DNA from: Eledone cirrhosa
Lineage: Eukaryota
Direction: 5' to 3'
DNA length: 64,000 nucleotides
Assembly: GCA_964016885.1 (NCBI GenBank)
Contig: OZ024751.1
Coordinates: 29,016,001 to 29,080,000, forward strand
Within the stretch, counting starts at the first letter, position 1, and each line of letters begins with the position of its first letter. The translations under genes and the position numbers were made by a program. The notes under the pieces were generated by a model, which had not been told where the DNA came from, ran no database searches, and saw nothing but the letters and a program-made list of their open reading frames with translations. Below, one piece after another: positions 57,770 to 64,000 of this stretch.

Positions 57770-57898
57770 ATGTTTGTGTATGTATGTATGTGTATGTGTG
57801 AATGACCATTTAGATTGTTTCTGCAGTTATGTGTGTGTGTGTGTAGAAGATTGCATGTGTCTCCTTGTGAGTATGTGTATTTAATTGTGTATATGTGA

Positions 57899-57931
<33 letters not shown>

Positions 57932-58054
57932 TATGCACTCCCCCACACACGTATACACACTCAAACATGCACACACACACACATATATATATACACACAC
58001 ACATGCATTCCCCCACACACGTATATGCACTCAAACATGCACGCACACACACAA

Positions 58055-58091
<37 letters not shown>

Positions 58092-58439
58092 CAGTCACAC
58101 ACACAAACACATATATACACACACACATATATATATACAGTCACACACACATATATATATATATATATATACAGTCACACACACAAACACATACACACAC
58201 ACACACACACATATCTATATATAGTCACACACACTCACACATATATATATATATAGTCACACACACAACCACATATATACACACACATACACACACATAT
58301 ATATATACAGTCACACACACATATATATATATATATACAGTCACACACACAAACACACACACATATCTATATATAGTCACACACACAAACACATACACAC
58401 ACACACACACATATCTATATATAGTCACACACACAAACA

Positions 58440-58471
<32 letters not shown>

Positions 58472-58868
58472 TATATATTTAGTCACTCACACAAAAACAT
58501 ATATACACACACATACACACACAAATCTATATAGATGTGTGTGAGGGTGCTTCAGTGTAATAAAATCATACAAAATAAACTTCCTGTGTTGTGTGTGAAT
58601 GTGTGTGAAGTGTGTGAATAGCGTGTTGTATGTGTGTGTGTGAAATGTGTGTGTGTGTGAATATTGTGTTGTATGTGTGTTGTATGTGTGTTGTGTGTGT
58701 GTGAAGTGTGTGTGTATGTTTGTGGATATGTGTGTGTGAAGTGTGTGTGTGTGTGAATAGTGTGTGTATGTGTGTGTGAATTGTATGTGTGTGTGTGAAT
58801 AGTGTGTGTATGTGTGTGTGTGAAGTGTGTGAATAGTGTGTGTATGTGTGTGAAGTGTGTGTGTGAAA

Positions 58869-58925
<57 letters not shown>

Positions 58926-59986
58926 AGTGTGTTGTGTGTGTTGTGCTGGAAATTTATATATTCTTAGCTTGAAGCTTCCCCAACTTGTTCCTTCATAGTG
59001 ACTATGTGGGTGCGAGTTAGGGTTGGGGTGAAAATAAGTCCGACCACACACACACACACACACACACACTCACTCACACACACACTCACACATCCACACT
59101 CATACACACACATACACACACACTCACACACTCACACACACTCTCACACTCACACTCACACACACACTCACACTCACATACACATACACTCACACATACT
59201 CACACACACACACTCACTCACATATACCCTACCTTTCTCTCCATTGCATTGGCTCCATGGATTTTGAGATGAAGAATGTTCCTTCCTGCAAGGCATTTCC
59301 ATATAACAGAGTCTTCAGAACTCGGCTTGAAGGAGCAATCTTGGTTTATTTTTCGAGTTTTTAAATGGATTTAATACAAGTTTTTTCACTTTGTAATTCT
59401 TTAGAAAAAAAGTTTTCTTTTTTTTTAAAGGGGTTTCTTGCGAGGAGGGGTATGACTGAGGGGGGAGGAAATAAAGTGAAAAAGGTTATGGGGGTTAACC
59501 CAGGAGATATAGAGATTGATCTGTCATTCTGCTGTAGAGAATTGTCTGCAAATTATTATTATTATTACATTTTTTTTTTGTTTTAAATTATCTTTTACCA
59601 ACTCTTAAAAAAGCATGTTGATTTATCTATACTCCTTGGTGAGAATCATTTTTCTTTTTTTTCATTATATATATATATATATATGTTTGTGTTTGTATGG
59701 TATATTGTAACCTTGAGCAAGACACTTTATTTCACGTTGCTCCAATCTGTTTAGCTAGGGAAATAATAAAAAAAAAAATTAGCTGTGTTAGTCTTTCAAA
59801 GAGGCAGTATGTTCATACACTGTATAATGCTGAATCTCCCTGAAAACAAAGTTAAGACTAGAAATGTGGCTGAGCATTCCACAGACATGTGTAGTCTTAT
59901 ATTAGTTCTCAGGGAGATTCAGCATGATACAGTGTGTGATAACTCTGTCTCTTGAGTGTTCCACTTCACTAAACAACAGAACAACC

Positions 59987-61228
59987 TTGGCATTTGTCGA
60001 CCTTGAGAAAGCCTTTGACAGAGTTCCACGTGCAGTAATCTGGTGGGCTCTTAGAAAACTAGGAGTAGATGAATGGCTTGTGAAAGCGGTACAAGCCATG
60101 TATAGGGGAGCAGTCAGCAAAGTTAGGATTGGCAATGAGTATAGCGAGGAATTTAGCGTACAGGTTGGGGTCCACCAGGGCTCTGTTCTTAGCCCTCTCC
60201 TGTTCATCATAGTCCTGCAGGCAATAACGGAGGAGTTTAAGACCGGATGCCCATGGGAACTCCTGTATGCTGATGACCTCGCACTCATAGCTGAATCTAT
60301 GGTAGAACTAGAGAATAAATTCCAAACCTGGAAGCAGGGACTAGAGAGAAAGGGCCTCAAAGTCAACATGACAAAGACTAAGGTCCTTATAAGTAGACGA
60401 GAAAACAGAACCCAGATCCCCTCAGGGAAATGGCCTTGCTCAGTATGTAGGAAAGGTGTAGGTAGGAACTCCATTCTTTGCCCCAAATGCAAACAATGGG
60501 TACACAAGAGATGTAGCGGGATCTCAGGAAGCTTAATTAAGAATGTAGGATTCACATGCAGCAGCTGTGCTGAAACAGCAAGCAAACAGCCACAGGAAAC
60601 AAGTACCACCAATCTCTGGGAGGGCCCTGTAGAAACAGTAGACAGCTTCTGCTACCTAGGTGACCGAATTAGCAACGGAGGTGGGTGCTCAGAAAGTACA
60701 ATAACTAGGGTAAGAACGGGATGGAAGAAGTTTAGGGAACTACTACCACTGCTAGCTGCAAAAGGCTTCTCCCTCAGAATGAAAGGCAGACTGTATGATG
60801 CGTGTATCCGAACAGCGATGTTGCATGGTAGTGAGACCTGGGCGCTGAAGGTGGAAGACTTACGTAGATTAGAGAGAAACGAAGCCTGCATGCTCCGATG
60901 GATGTGTAACAGTAATATACGTGAACGACAAAGCATAAATGAATTGAGAGAGAGACTGAGCATAAGAGGAATCAAATGCTGCGTGCAGGAGAGGCGGTTA
61001 CGCTGGTATGGACATGTGATGCGTATGAAGGATGACAGCTGCATAAAAAGGTGCAGAGCACTAGAAGTTGATGGAAACCGCGGAGTGGGGAGACCCAAGA
61101 TGACTTGGGATGAGGTGATAAAAGCCGACCTTACCCAACTACACCTCTCAAAGTCAATGACACACGACCGTGACTTCTGGCGTCACGCAGTAATACAGGG
61201 TACCCGACCTCCCATGGGTACATGCTGA
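59987..61228 (+). mobile_element. RTE-clade LINE, 5'-truncated, uninterrupted RT plus C-terminal region
   Basis: ORF 59924-61228 has AFVDLEKAFDRV, GVHQGSVLSPLLF, LLYADD, FCYLG, MLHGSETW, RRLRWYGHVMR and GRPKMTW. The first ~21 codons come from flanking repeat DNA and are not a true start. Confidence 0.95.
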
Positions 61229-61257
61229 AGCATATAAACAATATGCCCCCCCCCCCC

Positions 61258-61530
61258 ACCGCAAGGTGGTCGTGGAGGTGCCACGGCAAAAAAGCACCCA
61301 GCCCACACTGTAAAGTGGACGTGTAGGCGCCACGAAAAAGCACCCAGCACTCACTGTAAATGAGGTTGGTGTTAGGAAGGGCATCCAGCTGTAGAAATCA
61401 AGCCAGATCAGTTCCTGTATGAGCAAGGCATGGTCAGCCGACCAGACACTGCCCACAACAGGACAACCCGTCTAACCCATGCTAGCGTGGAAGAACGGAC
61501 GTAAAACGGTGATGATGATGATGATGATGA
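61258..61530 (+). mobile_element. SINE B-type 3' module directly downstream of the RTE ORF
   Basis: gtggtcgtggaggtgccacggcaa...aggaagggcatccagctgtaga...aacccatgctagcgtggaag...gatgatgat. The same tail occurs at 1830-2042, 10860-10980(-), 27637-27840(-), 38535-38717 and 44352-44610(-). Confidence 0.85.
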
Positions 61531-61614
61531 ACCTACTCATGAAATCTCCATGAGAGCTTACAAAGGTCCAACGGGGAAAGTTATTTGTTTCAATTAAGTT
61601 TTGCAAAGAATTAT

Positions 61615-62180
61615 TTCTAATTTAGGTACAAGGCTAGCAATTTATGGGGAGGGGAACATTGACTAAATAGTACCCCAGTATATGACTGATACTTAATTTT
61701 ATTGAATCCTGGAAGGAAGAAAGTGAAAGTTGACTTCAGCAAGATTTGAACACAGATTGTAGAAAGCCGTAACTTTTATAGGGAGAGGAACATTGACTAA
61801 ATCATCTCCCAGGATATTACTGGTACTTAACTTTATTGAATACTGATCCCTAAAAGGAAGAAAGTCAAAGTTGACCTCAGCAAGATTTGAACACATATTG
61901 TAGAAATTTGTAACTAAATACTACAAAGCCTTTTGTCCAATACTCTACTGATTCGTTGCTTCTAATTTAGGCACAAGGCCAGCAATTGATGGTTAAGGGC
62001 ACATCAACTAGACTGATGATACCCCAGTACTTGACTGGTATTTTATTATATTGAACCCCCTCCCCCTGAAAGGAGGAAAAATTAAGTTAACCTAAACAGG
62101 ATTTGATCTCAGGACATAAAGATCTGTAGCAAATACTACAAGGTATTTACCAAATACTGTGACCACTTTGCTGTCCACCA
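61615..62180 (-). mobile_element. Degenerate tandem SINE A copies
   Basis: Repeated aggcacaaggccagcaatt, ccccagta, aaagttgacctcagcaagatttgaac. Confidence 0.7.
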
Positions 62181-62530
62181 CCTTTAGTTTGGGAAATAAT
62201 AGAAGTATTTGAAATGTCTTCCATTACAGTTGTGCCTTGTTAAGGCTGTTTAGGGCTAAACAACAGTAACAATGGTTAAAGCTGTGACCAGGGTTTTCAT
62301 TGATATGGAACTGGTCATTACATAGCCACTTCTCTCTCTCTCTCTTTCTCTTTCTATCTCTCTATGTTCCTCTATCTCTCTTGCTTCCCCCTCTCTCTCT
62401 CAACTATCTCTCCCTCTCTCTCTCACTCTCTCACGCTCTCTCTCACTCTCTCTTTCACTCTTTATCTTTCTATCTCCTGACTCATTCTACTTATCTATAT
62501 TGCTTTAACAAACACTCCTTTTGCACAAGT

Positions 62531-62568
<38 letters not shown>

Positions 62569-63322
62569 CCACAGACATGCACAAATATTCACACTCAGAC
62601 AGACAAACAGACAGACAGACACACACACACACACATACATACACAAATATTCACACTCACACACACATTCACACAGACAGACAGATATGTACACACAAAC
62701 ACACAGATACACACACAAATATTTACACACAAGCATGCACACATAGATATTCACACTCACACGGAAACACACAATCACACACAGACATACGCAGATATGT
62801 ACACATAAACACACACAGACATATGCAGATATATACATACACAGACATATGTACATACACAGACATATGTACATACACAGGTAGACAGTGAAGGTGTGCC
62901 TATGTAAGAGGTGGGGCAGGGGTGGTGATGTGCTGAAGACAATGAAGTTTATCACTATATTTCTGTCTGTGTGTGTATAAATGTATGTATGTATGTGTTC
63001 CTATGCGCGTGTGTGTGTGTATATGCATACATATATATGGGTGTGTGTGTTTGTGTGAATCTATGTGTGGACATATACATTAATGCGCACACACACTGAC
63101 ATACATATACATACATACATTCACACACACACACATAGACATACACGCACACGCACACACTCACACACACGCACTCACATAAATATTCCAGATTTTCTTT
63201 TGAAGTATATTTGAAGCTCATTCTTCCCATTTAATTAACACCAACAAAGCCAAAGCATTAACAACATATACACATGTGTGTGTATATATATATATATGTG
63301 TGTATATATATATATATGTGTG

Positions 63323-63369
<47 letters not shown>

Positions 63370-63507
63370 TTATATATAGGCTGCAGTTATAATATTAAAA
63401 ATGACGAACTACCGACATCATACCTATATATAACATGAATTAATTCTGAATATTAATTACTAGTTCTCTTGTACAATATTAATTTACTCTCTCTCTCTCT
63501 CTCTCTT

Positions 63508-63538
<31 letters not shown>

Positions 63539-64000
63539 ACAGTTAATTTTGTTCTAAACTTCATTTCAGTATATTACTTCAAAAGTACCACCAACAACTA
63601 TCAATGGTTCTATGATAGGAAGCTATTTATTTTAAAATGTTTATATCTATCTAAAAACCTTCCATCATAATTTTATGCAGCAACCTTTGTTATATTCCAA
63701 ACACTAGTATAATAAGAAAGTTTGTTATATTCGAAAATCCTTTCATATTTTTGATTATTTTCAAGATTATTTGAAAATCATAAGCAGTTTCTTTCATTAG
63801 ATCCTCCATCATAATTTTATGTAAGAACCTTTGTTATGTTATGTTCCAAACATAGCTTTACTAACAAGAAACCATAGTTGTATTTACTAATTCACTCCAA
63901 GTTCTGAATATCTTGTTATATAAAGGGAAACTCTTTTGAAACTAAACTGCCTGAAACCATCTCTATATCTATGATAACACTTTGTTTATTTTAAAATATA

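Noticed and set aside
59902-61098. Antisense ORFs 59902-60612 and 60652-61098
   Set aside because: They are shadow frames of the RTE coding strand.

Overview
This is AT-rich, microsatellite-saturated eukaryotic DNA whose SINE and RTE-LINE repertoire suggests an octopus or other cephalopod genome (inferred). It is probably intronic or intergenic, and no host protein-coding exon can be supported; nearly all listed ORFs are translations of simple repeats. The real coding remnants are non-LTR retrotransposons: a near-intact 5'-truncated RTE reverse transcriptase with a PHD-type finger inside it (plus a second decayed copy), a different RTE 3' end, an L1/Tx1 3' end and an R4/Dong-like 3' end. There are more than 25 tRNA-derived SINE copies or fragments, piggyBac, hAT and Tc1/mariner MITEs, and several TE-derived minisatellites. 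The most striking unannotated signal is about 12 intact or decayed type I hammerhead ribozyme motifs from several unrelated sequence families. They sit in short non-coding elements embedded in (TA)n tracts, often as palindromes, which is Penelope-like/retrozyme architecture. Four of them share an unusual C-C mismatch at position 4 of stem II. All alignments and folds were done by eye, so boundaries are approximate.
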